A stretch of DNA of 58,090 nt from Catajapyx aquilonaris (lineage: Eukaryota): contig KZ538623.1 in NCBI GenBank assembly GCA_000934665.2, positions 1 through 58,090 of the forward strand, in the 5' to 3' direction. The notes beneath the pieces were generated by a model. The model saw only the letters and a program-made list of their open reading frames with translations, searched no databases and was not told the DNA's origin. Shown one piece after another: positions 1 to 14,600 of this stretch (position 1 is its first letter; each line of letters begins with the position of its first letter). Both the position numbers and the translations under genes were made by a program.

Positions 1-3000
1 GGAACTGATATCTTAAAACGGAATATGCCAAAAAAATCCAAAAAATATGGGCGAATTTATTATGTAGTTTCCAAAATGAAGGCTAGTTCCCCATTCCAAA
101 GACGTGTGAAACTCCTGCCAATGATATTAAACATGAGGCGGCAGGATCGGGTGGAAAGTTCGAGATTTTGACCGATGCTGAAGTGCAGTAACTTATGAAA
201 CACGTACGCGGTAGCCTCTGTATGTGAGAAGTTGGCTGGGAGAAATGATAGGGCGACAATAAAACCAGCATGGGACATCGAGCTTCTCAGTTTACAACCT
301 ACGGTGCCCAGCAAAGATGTTTCAAGTTACTAGGAACAGGAAATACTGTAATCTGTCACGTGTCACTGCTAGGTAATGAAGTATTGACCGGTTCCTTTGA
401 CCATCACTGACCACCCGTTGTAACCAGGCGCTCATAAATTGCACCAGATGGGACGGATTTGGAGAACCCTACTTCCCTATAGAACTCCTGCAGAGAGCGG
501 TATCTCTATCTCAAAGTCCTCTTGAAAAGAGGCTGTACTTGTCTTAGGTCTGGCCACGGGTCTGGCTATAATGATGATTGACATCAGTTGCCAGTTTGGT
601 AATTTCTTGCAGACAAATCTCAAAAAAGGGCGAATTTCCTTCTGCCTGTGACCTGTGAGAGCAAATGGTAACCATTACCCGTTTGCCCCCCACTGTGCAC
701 TTATCCCTGCATACCCTTTTGATCCTAGACTCCTTAGGGAAATGCCATGCAGTCTTCAAATGGTCACATCTGAAAATCCTTTCATTAAGACTCTGCTGGT
801 CTTCATCGGATCGTCATATAGCATTATCTCTGCATAAATAATATGGAAGAGTTGCTGGTCCAAATTTGAATTATGAATGTCAAGAGTAGCACAAAAATAC
901 AAATGGGGGAAATAAAGCCCACAAGCAATGTATGGGCAGTGATCACTGGTCCCCTTCTAACTTTCATGTAAATAAAATATTACAACTTACTGTTACAGGC
1001 GCTTTAAAATTTTATGGTTCTCAACATGGTGCTAATTACAATAGAATAACATTTCTATCATGTTTTGGTCTAGATGCTTCACATACTCCACATTTTTTTA
1101 TTTTTTGAATTTTTACAGCTTCAGTATCACCACTTTGGTCAAGTTGTATGAAATAAAAGGAAACTCTGAATTATTACAGGTATTCTCAATACATAATCAG
1201 AGGTTTTCCCTTAATTTGTGTTGCTTCACTCCACAGAAAATTGTTAAATTTGTTTTTAAATGACTTGCTGATTAACTAATTCACCAATAGCAAGTAAGAA
1301 TGAACAAACCTTTGGATGCTCCAATGACGACAAAAAAATATTTCATAATAATTTTTTAGTGTAAATGCAACTACACCTTGGAGACCTACCTTTAAAGAAC
1401 AAGAAAAATAATAATTTTCCATCAAATGGTCTCAAACACTTCACATTACCATTCAGCATAATTTTGCCAGACCCATAGCACATTACAGGAGCATATTAAA
1501 ATTATTAGTGATTTGTGCATAAGGTTCCAATACAAGTTATCAGTGGTTTGAAATGTGGGTAAATAAGATTTTTGCATACCAGTATTGTAGCCTAGGTTTA
1601 ATTTCCCTCGCAAAATGTGAACTTTCCTTGTCCAGAGTAGCCCACTTTTCTGAAATTAGTTAGCGTAAGTGATGCAAATGCTGAAATACTGAAATACCTG
1701 CAGTGATCTCAACTTCTGAAGTTGCAAAAGGCCAATCCAGTGCATGAAAATGTTTAACAGAACCTCTTAGGCATAAGATGCAAACATTGGGTAAATGCTT
1801 TACGTTAGTGCACAGTAACTTGTACAGGGTAAAACATAATTATGCTGTTGCTAGTCGGAATGATTATTTAAATGCCACAAGATTGCATTTACACTTTCAG
1901 TTGATGACACATACTAAATTTACAAAGCAATAATTCCATTTTACAAGCCAGAATAAGTCAAATTCCATTTGTGGATTATTCTTCTCCCTGTAACAATCTG
2001 GATATTGTATTACTATACATAATAATATACACTGCTACTGTACAAAATCTGTACTTGCTAACATGTCAAACCACTACACGTAACATTTCAATCAACATAA
2101 ACAATACTTCTTTACACAACAACCCAGTAATAACTGTCAACTCTCTATGAGTCTGATTCGACAAAATCCCATTGCCAAAGTTCGTAACTGATAGTGCATA
2201 CCAACACCAGTTTGAGGAGTCCACCACTAGTACATAATTACACCTATTAATTTGGTGGTCATGCAATCAGAAGTGATGAATACAAGGAAGAAAGTGAAAA
2301 GGAAAAATAGAAAACTTGAAAAACCACACAGACACTTCCTGATCTAGGTTATAGTCTCAAGTTGTAACAAATTCGAAAGAATGTGACATGGCAGATGTGA
2401 AGCTGAAAATTTGTAGCTAGACGGGAAGTGCTCATCATTGCAATGGAATGATAGAGATACACCTGAGCAAATTGTTATGTGCGCACCATGTACATAATTA
2501 CATGTTTTTGGAAGCTACCGAGTTTCATTCTGGCAAGGTTAACATTTCAACTAAACAGAGAGGTACACACTTGAGGTAGTATCACATCACAAGAAGCAAC
2601 AATTCATCTGCAGTTGTTGTAACTGTCTTTGGAGAAAGTCACAGCTCAAACATGTTTGGATAGGAAAATAGTAGAGGCACGTAATTAGCAGTGTATAAGA
2701 GAAAATGAAACATTGCATTAATAATGCAAGATCAAGTTTATAATGCCACACTAATTTACAATATTGCAGTTTAATTGCTGTGTAATTCCTTGCACTGCAT
2801 AATAAAATTGTTTACATATAAAAATAAATGTGCTTATTGTGCAATTTTCACCAGTTTCCTTCTCTCGTTTTTTGCACAATCAACGTTTTCCACTTTAATG
2901 TGTGCCAGCTCTCCTATGACGAAGAGTGAGGCTTGGTTCTGATATGCAAATGGTGCAGAAGTTACTGGCAATTGCAAGTGCAGGCTAGCAAGCAGACCAC

Positions 3001-3602
3001 TTGAGTTCATGAGTAATTCATATGGCTGGAAATGTTTGGACCTGAGCCACAGCACTATAAGTGGAAGACTGACGCAAATGTTATACGCTTCAGTGTAAAT
3101 GACCAGAAACGTGATGACTGGCAGATCACTGTTCATGAGAGTACGTCACGGAATATTATCAATTTCAATCTCACGTACAATGAGTGAGGCAATTACAACG
3201 TGTTGAGAACAGGCTGAGCATTATTGACTAACAAAAGAGCAAACACGTTCGCCTTATGCTTCTAACCTTGAATTGTCAGGATAACTGCAAATTTCCAGAA
3301 CCATCTGGACTGCACCAACAGCTGCTTTGGACGAAATATATTCTAGCTGATATTCAACTAGTAATTTCCTGACTCCAGTAATTATTTTTGGGAAAAAGTA
3401 TTGCAGGTATGTGACTTTTAAAAACATCCACAGGATCCCAAAATTGCGACTTATAAACTCATACTGGAATAAATTACGTCCTTGCAGAGAAACCACATGT
3501 TTCATCACATAGCCCAGCCTACTCCGAGCCTAAAACTTATATTGTAAAGGCACTTGTGGCACAAACTACACATCTTATAATAGTGGCGAGTACCGCTTGG
3601 TG

Positions 3603-6600
3603 TTATTCCGTCTTTTCTTCTTTAGCCAGATGCCCGAAGATGTCAATAAGATTGATCAAGCCAACCAAGTATCCATCTTCGTGGTTCCCCAACACCCATG
3701 GCTCTCGATGGTCTAACCAACAACCCTCTGGCACTGGAAAGGTCTTGGCAAAATCAATCATCCACACCCCAGCTTTGTGCTTGTCATGTACAAACAGAAG
3801 GGAGCTGCCCACAAACTCGTGCCTAGCAAAGAAATCCGACGAACCCAAGGTGGACCATATTTCCTTGAGACGGCGAAGGTACTGCCTTGCTGCCCCTGGG
3901 CTACCCTCCAGGAACATCTCAAACACTTCTTGCACCTGCTCACGAGTCCGTGTAGTCTTAAAATCCTTTGTGGATGATCCATCCCCTTTTCGTACCTGCA
4001 AGCAAGATGCCAGTAAGTAAGACATCCTACCAGGCAATCTTCATACGACTTCTCTCCCATGTCATTGGAATGTATTTTTCACCAAACCTACTCACTTCTG
4101 ACACTCGATACAACCACTTGAAAACAAGCTTGTAAATGCAACAAAAGCATGAAATAAAAATTGGTTGCATACCCCTTCTATGCGGAATCCCAGCAGGGCA
4201 GTCGAGGATATGGTCTCCCTCCAGATCATGTACCTGGGTTTGGTAATGGCTTTCAGTACATGCTCGTGGTCTGTGGGTGCCTTTGGGTCCACCTGCACCA
4301 TCTTCTCATACAAGTCCCTCCTGAGCTTTGGTTTTTCTTTTGCCTTGATCAACTCCTCCTCCAGGTAGGTTCTGACTCCCATCTTACAATCCATCACACA
4401 TGGGTCCTCAAATCGAGCCAAAAGGTCCTCTAGCTGCAAGAATGAGTCATCCTCGTCTATTACCACTCCCTTATAGAGTGGTACGAATGGTAGGATGGGG
4501 TCATTTTGTATCAGGTCCAAGCAGATCCTCTCCCTTTGGCAGCTGCGCTTGAGCACTGTCCCTTGCTCCCTGCCGGCCTTGAAGTTGCCTTGGTGTCCTG
4601 CCAACTGCACCCATGGATATCGATGGTGCTTGTACTTCTGCATGAATGGCGTGCAACGGACATAATTTCGAACCTTTCGCCATGGGGATACCTGCAACAT
4701 TTTAATGCAAAACCACAATGTAGTTATAAGGGGTAAGCAGGCCAGGGATACATAAGTATAGTTGTTAGCCAAATACAAAGATGGACTTGGAAAGAGATTC
4801 CAGTGAATATTCTGTAAAACCATTGACAAATACGCTCTAAGGCTAGGAGCAGTGGCGTCACCAGTTTTACAGTGAACAAGTCGGAGCTCCTGACCAAGTT
4901 AGACTTCATCACAATGCTTGTGACTGCAGCATACATGTATGTTGTATTGAAAAACAATAATATAATCCCTGCATGTACTGGTTTAGCAAGAGATACCACC
5001 TTTATACACATACATATGACTATGGTAGTTACACAATTCCTCAGAATAAGCCAGCCTGTCAAGTAATTGAATTCATTTAATGCAGAATGCCTTCATGTGG
5101 ATTGTGAACATCATCTGGCATAGTCACTGTTATTTATGATGTAATTGACAGGAGAGTCCCAAGTTGTAATGTGCTTCTGACATGAGGAGAGAAAAAAACA
5201 CTTTTCATGCCCTATTTTTATTTTGTAGTGCATAGCAGGAGTGCACATGTATGTTGTAAACACCTTGGGAAAAAAATTCTCTATACTAGATGCCACGTCT
5301 GACTTGAAAGCACCCAAATATTCTGCCTGACTGACTAATTCTCAGTTAATACTCGATAACATGAATTGCTCCACACTCTAACTCGTAGAAGACCCATGCT
5401 CCAGTACCCATTTCTGCTGTTACATCCTTAGAAAAAATCTTTTTCGATTAACTGAATTACTGTCAAGAGATATCAATTATCTGGCGAACTAACTCTCGAG
5501 TAAGTTGCTATGAAACACCGGTCCCTTAAATCAACCCCAGTGTTCTTGATTGACTGGTGCTGAGATTTGTTTATGGTCATGGCCAAGCAGATGTTTAGAA
5601 GGAACTGAATTCGTTTGAAAAGGGTGGTCCCTTGGTATGATGGGCATGCAAGGAATGTAAACATGTTCCCCTTTTCCACAGCCAGTGACTATAAACTGCT
5701 TCTATGTTGGGCATCAAGGACTGCATCTGCAATTGAGTGAGACTATGACAAAGCTTACGAGGATTTAAGTTTTGGCAGATGCGACTTGTGCTCCAATTTT
5801 CAAGCAGACATACAGTTGGGTTCAGGGAATTCAAGATCTCAATACTGTATGTGACATGCCAGAGTAAATTTTCAAGCCATGGCTCCTCCAAAGGGCTCTT
5901 CTACTACTCTCAAAAACCCGTCCCCTACTCAAGACTCACAGATATCTTCCATGTCAAATAAATAATAAATCTAGATATAAATAGATAAGCAATATATGCT
6001 CAGTGTTTCTTAAAATGCCAATCCTCTGAATACTCTACCACAACAAAACAGCTGCCAACATTACAAAAGTACTGATCAAACTTGATGGCTTAATCCACAT
6101 AATTACATGTATTATGCAGTGGGAAGCCTTGGCTCAAACAAGGCAAATGAACTGCATATCAGGCAGTTCCTTTGCCTCGTTTCAACTGTATGTCATGGTT
6201 ACAAGCTGATTGACCCAGGGACTTCTGAGATTAGAGATCTGGGTCAGCATGTATTGACACTATAAACACAGGATATGTGCAACTGACCATGAGATTTCAC
6301 TCATTCTCTCATAACACTTAAATGTCTCACCTTGGTTTCACATCTAAATGTGTGCCACGAGGGACATTTTACTTTACATCCACATCATGAACTTTATCTA
6401 AAATTTATGCTGCCTGAGACTTGCTGGCAGTCAGATTATTAATACAAATTTCTTTCCACCTCCAGGTAAAAGTGTCTGCATTAGCATGAACATTCACTTG
6501 AGCAGTACGGGTTATGTGCACAAGTGGCAGGTAAATATTACAGAAAATGTTGACTTATATTCATTAGTATTCCCCATCACCATTGGCTCTTTTGGGGTGG

Positions 6601-7337
6601 ACACATGACAATGCAAAGGATGTTTCTAATAATCTCATCTGGAGAAGTGAGGAACCAGGGATGTGGTAAAAAAAAAATTAGATAATGTGTCATAAAAGGT
6701 ACAATGTTTCAAAAACAATTTTCAATATGTAAAAAATGTTTACTAGGAAGAATAACATTTCGAATCCACTAACTTCAGAATGTAAGTCACAGTCCTCCTG
6801 TTAATGAGTTTGAATGGGCATATCCCGATAATTTCCCCCCTCTAAGATGTACGTACCCTCCGATTTTTAAATGTTCCAAAAGATGTCGCAGTATGTAAGC
6901 ACTGTTACCACGATTGCTTGGTAATAATAGCAACGGAGATGTCATTTCAAACTTTCAAAAATCATAGTCTACTCCTTACTTCTCAGCAGAAAGCAATGTG
7001 CAAGTACAGACTGCCTATTTCATGATTGCAGTTCTGGTCGTTTGGCTATGGTAATTGAAACTTCCTGTGGTTAAAACGTCAAGTTGGCATGGGATTTTCC
7101 GCTGTTAATTGGCCGCCACTTCCGCATGATCCCGGCAAAGACTCTGGCCATTACCTTAGGAGCGACAGGTGGTGCAGCTGGCTCAGCGGCCTGCTTGCTC
7201 TGTGCGTGCGGACTGTCCGGCTCAGTCTCCCACTCCGAGCTGAGGTCATCACTGGAGGCCTCCCCGTACTCAGCCAGCGGTGGTGGTCTGAGCGTCTGCC
7301 CCAGGCTCTGCACGTACTGCTCGTACCCCAAAGCCAT
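3603..7337 (-). CDS. IP3K: Inositol-trisphosphate 3-kinase (ITPK/IP3K family), 3 coding exons: 7337-7155, 4691-4173, 3995-3603; 364 aa
   Basis: Inositol polyphosphate kinase motifs: [26 protein letters not shown] (PxxxDxKxG), [34 protein letters not shown]. All junctions are GT-AG and phase 0 (PVAPK|VSPWRK; FRIEG|VRKGD). Exon 1 is assigned by splice phase only. Confidence 0.93.
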
Positions 7338-7339
7338 GA

Positions 7340-7519
7340 CTATGTCCTTCCACCACTCCGTCTGCTACTACTACTACTACTACTGTTGCAATTCCCTTCT
7401 GCTTCTGCCTGCACTCTCCCCCATCCGGAGTCCCGCATCTCACTGGGCTCGGCCTGGCGTCGCACTTCCCTCAAAGGCAGCGAGGAGGAGCGGGCTGTGT
7501 AAATGTTACGTGGGTTCAT
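7340..7519 (-). other. Putative 59-codon upstream ORF in the IP3K 5' leader
   Basis: GCCATGA start at 7519. The TAG at 7342-7340 ends 2 nt before the IP3K ATG (TAG TC ATG). It spans a (CTA)n microsatellite read as poly-Ser. Confidence 0.4.
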
Positions 7520-8657
7520 GGCCAGCCAGCCAGCCCCAGCCACCCGCAGGCTCCCTCTACCTGCAGTCGGCCCCTCGCTCCCGGGCTGTTCTGCCTCCTC
7601 GCTCGGGGACCCAAGCACCAGGGGCGCAAAAGGCTTGGCTTCTTCCACCCGCAAGATCACGATTGGAAAACCAGTGTTGTTCCAGCCTCAACGTAATTCA
7701 TCCTGTTGGGCCGGAAGTAGCACAGCAGCTGCAGACAGTGATGAATGGCCTGGTTGAGGTGTCGGCCGGCAGAGGCGCGGTTTACAGCGGACAGCGAAAC
7801 AGGTTGCGATGGTACGGCGCAGTTTGTAGGACTGCCCTGGTGCGCTGTACGTACGGGGCTGAAATGGGACGAAAAATCGGGGATTTGTGGCTTTCGTGTC
7901 AAACCCTGCTGCAAGTTTTGCGTCATTTGCTGTGATGAAGGAATGCGGCTGCATTGTTGTATTGTATGGGTTTTGTTACATAAAATAAACATTCCGTGGA
8001 TGAAACAAAGCTGAAATTGTGAGTGTGCATTGCATTTATTGCGTACTCAAGATATGTCGTTCAGCCCGGTTTTTATACGGTCAATTTATTACTATTGTTA
8101 ACTTGAACCGGGGCCTGTTCGAGTCGTGTACAGTACTGCTGGGAATGTGAGCAGATGTTATTGATGTACAGTACACATCGGCACACACGGGCACACACGG
8201 GTACGCATGTAAATAAAAGCGGAGTTCAAGACCACATTTCCTCTCAACCAAACATCCCGCCAAAAATCGCGTCACTGACCGCCCCACCACCGCTTCCAAA
8301 TCAGCCTCCCTTCCCTCAACAATCATCGCCCAACAATCGTTCCGCCTTGCACACCCCCCCAGCCGTCCCGCAATCCATCCAACCCAAGCCGGCAATCCTA
8401 TTCTCCCCTCCCGAATCGATCCCGGCGAGTGCCATGGCCCCAATCCCCCGCAGGCCGACCGCTGTCAAGACAAACTGGAAGCTGATTTGACCCGCGCGTA
8501 TGGAAGCATCATCTAATGGGACGGTACAAGGCGCTATTGGGAGTCGCGATCGCCTTTTGAATGTGAGAGGGGAAGGAGTAGCGGCGATGCGATTGGGGAC
8601 GAGTAGCGGCTATTTCGTTTGTGGGGGAGGAGGGCAGGAGAAGCTCCCCCCAGGAAA
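7520..8657. promoter_or_regulatory. CpG/GC-rich divergent promoter region between IP3K and RSF1
   Basis: Head-to-head start codons about 1.3 kb apart. CpG is visibly richer than in the flanking gene bodies. An ETS-type CCGGAAGT lies at 7711. Confidence 0.55.
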
Positions 8658-11600
8658 ATGGCGTCGGAGGCTGTTGGGGCAGAGTCGTCGTGTGTGAACG
8701 ACCCCAACTTCGCGGTCATCTGCTCCTTTCTAGACAAGTTCGGGGAGGCATGCGGGGTCCCATACCCGAGCTTCTCGGATCTGCAGGCCATGCTGGAGAA
8801 CGCGCAGGAAGGTAAGGGATCGGATGGAACGCAAAAGAGGCTTGGAATGGAACATTTGGGTGTCCGGCAGGGCGGGCGGGCGGGCGGCGGAAAAAAAAGG
8901 GGGTTCCAGGGGATCATCATACAGTGGTTCTGGTGCGGTCAAGTGGAGTGTGGCATGTGCAGGTGGATGGAATACAGTGCAGATGGTGATCATGCACAGA
9001 TGGAGCCAATACAAGTCAAAGCATGTACAGCTGGGTAGATGGCAAGCGTGAAATGACCTGCCAATATGACATCGCTCTCAAGGAGGATCGCGGTGCACAG
9101 TGGTGATGCTGCCAGTGAAGAACACTTGTCATGTGGGGAATTGGCACCCAGAGTGGCCGTTCATCATCAAACCAACGTGACTGGCCAATGTTGGCTGCCT
9201 GTTGTATGATGTGGATTCATGGGATAAGGATAGGGGTGGAAAGAAGTTTCTATGGTGGTTCCGGAATGGGCACCGTCTTCGAATTGTCCTAGTGGTGATA
9301 AGAGAGTATCACAGAAAGCCCCAGATGTGGTTGACACCAATAATCAAACTCGAGATGTCCCAAAACCTGAAGAAACGTGTGTTGCTTGCTATTGAGACAG
9401 AGGAGTAGATGAGATTCATTTTCCAGCAGGGAAAAAAAGGTTTAAGCACATTAAACTAATTAGCTGACGGCTGCCATGTACAGTCAATGATTAATGATGC
9501 AAAAGCATTATTCTTAGTAAAACAGTTTTCATATTTATTGGTCACCATTTCTGTGCCGGAGGTGGTAATCATATTGGTGCTTTAGTATACAAATGGGTGA
9601 TGGTCTCAGATTTAAAAATATGAATTGGTACTATGAATTTATGTGCCACCCTGACCGGTTTCCTCACTGTGTGCCTGTACTGTGTGTTTGTACCAGGTAG
9701 TTGTAGCGACTTGAAAGCTGGTCAGAGCATGTCTTTTTGGTTGAAGTCCAGATTGAATTAACCAACTGGACCGCTTCTACCCATTGCATTGCTATGACAT
9801 GTCACTCAGAGCAACTGATTACAATGCTAAGTTGCCTTGTATAAGTGGGCCTCAGGTGTTAGTGTCAAGACTGTAAGGAAAACTGCATATTTAAAATTGA
9901 TAAAGAGTAGCAAGAGGCTACTTCTTCTGCAACTTCCAAGCAGAGGATGAGTTGAACTTTAGACCATTGAATTGCAAAAGGTTAATTCTTTTGTTCTTGA
10001 TTCACTATGTGTGTATCATGACTTACAAAGTCAGTTGGCAGCTCTGGTTTTTAAGTGCAGGTGTATTCCATGAAATGTAAATGGAAACATTTTTCATTAT
10101 TTTGGTTTTGGATAAGATTTGATTTTGACTTGTATCCCACACAGAATTAATTATTCTAGAATTGTAAAAATTAGTTGCAAATTTTTTGCTGAAATATTGA
10201 AATGTATTTGGCAGTATGTACTGCAGTCACAAGCCTTTAACCCTCGGACGGTGACGTGGGCACTTTTTGTGACCAACGACCCTTTTTTTGCTATAACTTG
10301 GCAAATTTAGGACATTCGAGATTCATCTTTGAGAACATTTTCGTTTGACTATTTCTGTGATGAATTACGTTTAGTTTAAATTTTTTGAGCAAATAGCACG
10401 ACCAGGAAAAAATAAATTAGGCAGCAATGCGTAGATGGGGCCTAACCAAGATCCGGTCTGGCGGCTCCCGGTGGCGTCCCAGGCCGCCAAGGGGTGGAAT
10501 CCCCCTACCCCCGGGAGTTGGCCCCGACTGATTTTCTTTCCGATTTTTTTCTGATCGCACTATTTTCTCAAAAAATGTAAACTAAACGGTATTTGTCGTA
10601 GAAGGAATCACACTATGATTGTCTCAAAAGTGAAGCCCGAATGTGCTATATTTAGCCAGATGTAACAAAAAATATGGCTTGGTCACAAAAAGTGCTCACG
10701 TCACCGGAGAGCGAACATTTCGTACGTCACCGTCTGAGGGTTAACTTACGTTACCTTACAAACTGACAAAACAGTGACTCAACAGTGTCATTTTAGATGT
10801 TGTTGAGCCACTGTTGCTCACTATGATGTCAGTACACTTTTAAGGCTGATATCATTATGCATGTATTAATTTAATTGAAGTTAATCAAAGCTGTGAGCAC
10901 TTCTATCATATCCATTCAATGGGTACTGTGTATGTAATTTTTATAATGATAGGAATTAGGCACTTGCATAATATGGAGTGGATAAGGGGCCGTCCATAAT
11001 CCACGCGGACATATTTTTTCATTTCTTTACCTCCCCCCCCCCCNACCTCCCCCCCCTCCCCCCAAAAAAAGAGCGCAGACATGGCCTCCTTGACCCCCCC
11101 CTTCGCCACACTGAAAGTGTTATTTTCAATGCATTGGTATTTTTATTTTTTGATATCTACACACAAGTTTTTTTCAGCGGTATTATGGTATTTGATGGGT
11201 CTGTCTAAAAAACGGCCAAGTCTTCAATATTAATTTGACGTTTATCGTCCGCGCGTACAACAGACTTCTACCCCCACCCCCCTGTACGAACAAAAGCGGA
11301 CAAAGTGAAACCCCCCACTTGTCTGCGCGGGTTATGGACTGCCCCATAAGACAAAATGTTAATGTTTCTTATCATGGGATTTTTTATTTACACTAATAAC
11401 AGCTTATTAACTTTCATGGAGTGTATGTTTAACATTGGATTTTTTTAAAATACCACATTATGTTTTATGGAAGAGCAGACTGTTGCATATGTGTGTAATT
11501 GGTAAAGAATGGTTTAACATACGGTGCAATGATCTGACAATATTTTTTCTTTTATTAGTTGTCCCACTTCCATTAATTGACCTGCACGTGAGGCTGTTGC

Positions 11601-14600
11601 GCAAGGTGAAGAAGTCTGTATCAATGGAGCGATGGGAGAAGGCTGTCGTCAAATTTGTTCACACTTACTCCAATCTGGATGGTTGGGAACTGGAGAGGGT
11701 TGGATATAAGAAGGCAAAACTGCCACTCAAGCTCAGGCTACTCAAGGTAAGAGCTTCTTTTTTGACAATAACATTTTAAGATATGTTAAATCAGCAGGTG
11801 TGCAGACCACCTAGATTCTTATTAATATCCCCAGCCTATGTTCTGTGCAGTAATTTATTATAATAATCCTTCAGCCTCTGTGGGGAAAAAAATAGTAAAT
11901 TTTTGGTGTGACAGTATCTATGCAATTTTCAAAAAGTCACATTGCACTTGCGCCCAGCAAAGTAACAATAGGTAACCCAGAAAAAAAAAACTTACCAGAG
12001 GTTAGCTAAATTCTTAGATAAATTTAGAGAGGAAATCCAAACTGTAACCTGTACTTGTCTAGATGGTTGGCGAGGATGTGATTAATTGTAAGGGAACTTA
12101 TCAAGGTTTTTTGTAACATTTTTATAGTTGCACTTGGCACAAACCTGCTTTGAGGAACATGTTTTCCTCCTGTTGTGTAAGCAATCGTGGTATTGAATTT
12201 TCAATAATGGGGCCTCTTGTTAAAATTATTATTATAATTACTTTTAAAGTTTGACTTTTATGTGCTGTTGGAAATTGTACAGTATTCAGACAAGTAGTCA
12301 GTTTTCTTTGGTTTGGAAAAATGCCTGCTGTTGATGGTAAACATCCATAAATGGGTGCAGTCAAATAAAAGAAAATAGTGCAAGAGACCATGATTGATAG
12401 TGTTGTGGATAAGGGCATAAGATTGAGTTAAACCTTGTGATATATTACTCCCTATTATCCATGCATTGCCAAAAAATGGAGTAAGAAATAAAAGTCTCAA
12501 AAAATTTCAATATTTCTCACAAACAGAGAAATATAACAGCCTTTTTCTAGAAGACAACTAAAAATCTATTGTAAGTTTTATTATTGTGATTAAACCTGAT
12601 TTGAAAGGATGTGTTGCGGGATTTCTTTTTCACATTATGAGATTTTTAGTCGGATAGTTCGTAATGCATGGTCCACCTACTTGCAAGTGAGCCGGTCAAC
12701 CATATGCAAACATGGTTACAAATATGTTCAGATTTAAAAATGTAAAAAATCTGTAGGTCTCACCTGTCAGTGTTCCAAATTTGTTCACATTCAAGTAGTG
12801 GGAGAGCCAGAAGATATTGCCAAAGGGACTCCCCACATACCTTGCATTGTCCAACGCAGTGGACACTGGTACAGAATGGAGGGGGGAAGGCACAAGAAAA
12901 GATGCATGGAATGCATGGTTTTAGTGTACTTGTTCCTAAGATGAAAACTTGCATGTCAGGTTGCTCTTGATAATGTAACTGATAAGTAATTATATTGCAG
13001 AATCTCCTGGAAAGGCAGTTTGACTTCAATGCTCGCTTCAAGTCTCTAATCAACAAACAGTCAGCTGAGTCCCTGAGATTAAAACCATTGGGCAGGGACA
13101 AACTGGGTCAGAGCTATTGGTACCAGGTTGATGCTGCCTGTAACCTCAGGGTTTACAGGGAGGACCAAGATGATGAGACTTGGGATCTAGTTGCAAGGTA
13201 ATTATTTGCCATGTCAGCCTGTTAGTGATGTGGTGTGAGGGAAAATTGTTGATTGTTGAGGTGGAAGGAATTCTGTGACAAGTGAAGGGGTGGGCAGCTA
13301 AAAAATATATTTTTTTAATTTTAACACTTTCAAGATGACAGAATCTTAGCTGTACTAGGTTGGAAGGCATCAGCATGCCTGTAAATTTAAACTGCTAGAA
13401 ATAATTACATTGAGCAAATCCTCAGCACAATTCAGTGAAGCTCATTCTTCATCCAGCACATGGATATAGCCATAAATTATTTTTTTAAATATCTCGATGT
13501 CATCAATTGTATTCAATTTTTGCAGTGATCTTATAATATTGGGTGCTGTGTGTTGTTGGTTGACCATCTCCATTTTCTGCACTTACTTTTCACCAGCTGC
13601 TAAGAAAATGCCGATTGTGTTTCTTAGGCAGTTTGTGTACACTGATTAGTAATACGTGTGCTCTTGGATTTTTAAGGGATCGTGAGACCTTGATCCACCT
13701 GATTGAGCAGTTATCCTCGAGCGAGCCTGGACGTAGGAACAGTGACACTTTGGATAACGAGGATAGCAACAGCCAAGACATGATCGAAAAACCCCTGATT
13801 GATACAGGGCAGGTGAGTGATGAAGGAGGAGGGGATGATGAGGATGAGGAAGATGAGGAGGAAGAGGAGGATGAAGAAAAGGAAGCTGGCCAAGAGGATA
13901 AGGCGGTGGAAGAAGGAGGAAAGGCAGCAGAAGGAGTGAAGGAGGCAAAAAGTGAAGATGCAGTTAACATTCCAGTTGACAAACAGGAAAGCAAGACTCC
14001 TGTAGTAGAGCAGACACCTGAAAGAGAAGGTAAGAAAGCCAAATTGGAGGAAGCACCAGTACTACCACCTAAGGAAGAGCCAGTGAAGAAAGCGGAAGTG
14101 AAATCAGAGACAAAAAGTGAGGAGCCTAGGGTGGAAGGAAGAGACGTGTCACAATTAGTAGTTTCGGAAAATGTTGACAAGCCAAGATCTGAATCTTCAG
14201 CTCCAAGTGAGAAGCCAAGGTTAGCTGCAACAACAAAGGTTGAGAAGCCACATGTTGAAGCAGTGAAAGAGAAGTCGAAATTGGAAGAAGCAAGTGGTCA
14301 GCCCAACATTGAAGGTGTGAATGACCCAGCCAGGTTAGTAATTTTATCGACCAGTGACAGACCAAGGTCAGAAACATTGCCTATCAGTGACACCCCAAAA
14401 CAAGAAGCCAAGACAGTTAGTGATTCTCTGGTGTTGGGCACATCACGGGATGCTGCTGAACAGCAACCTCCCAAGCCTATCTCACCAGAGGAGAAGCTGT
14501 TAAAGCGTCCAAAGCAAGCAAAGTCTCCCTTGGGGAAGATGGACGCTATAATTGAACGCATTCGAGGTCACAATCCTCCTGTCCATCCTCCTGAGAAGGG

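Noticed and set aside
1..3500. Short ORFs in the first 3.5 kb
   Set aside because: AT-rich sequence with no recognisable protein or consistent exon chain. It is probably IP3K 3' UTR, intergenic DNA and repeat remnants.
7084..7935. 283-aa plus-strand ORF
   Set aside because: It is antisense to IP3K exon 1 in GC-rich promoter DNA, includes a microsatellite, and has no recognisable protein features.
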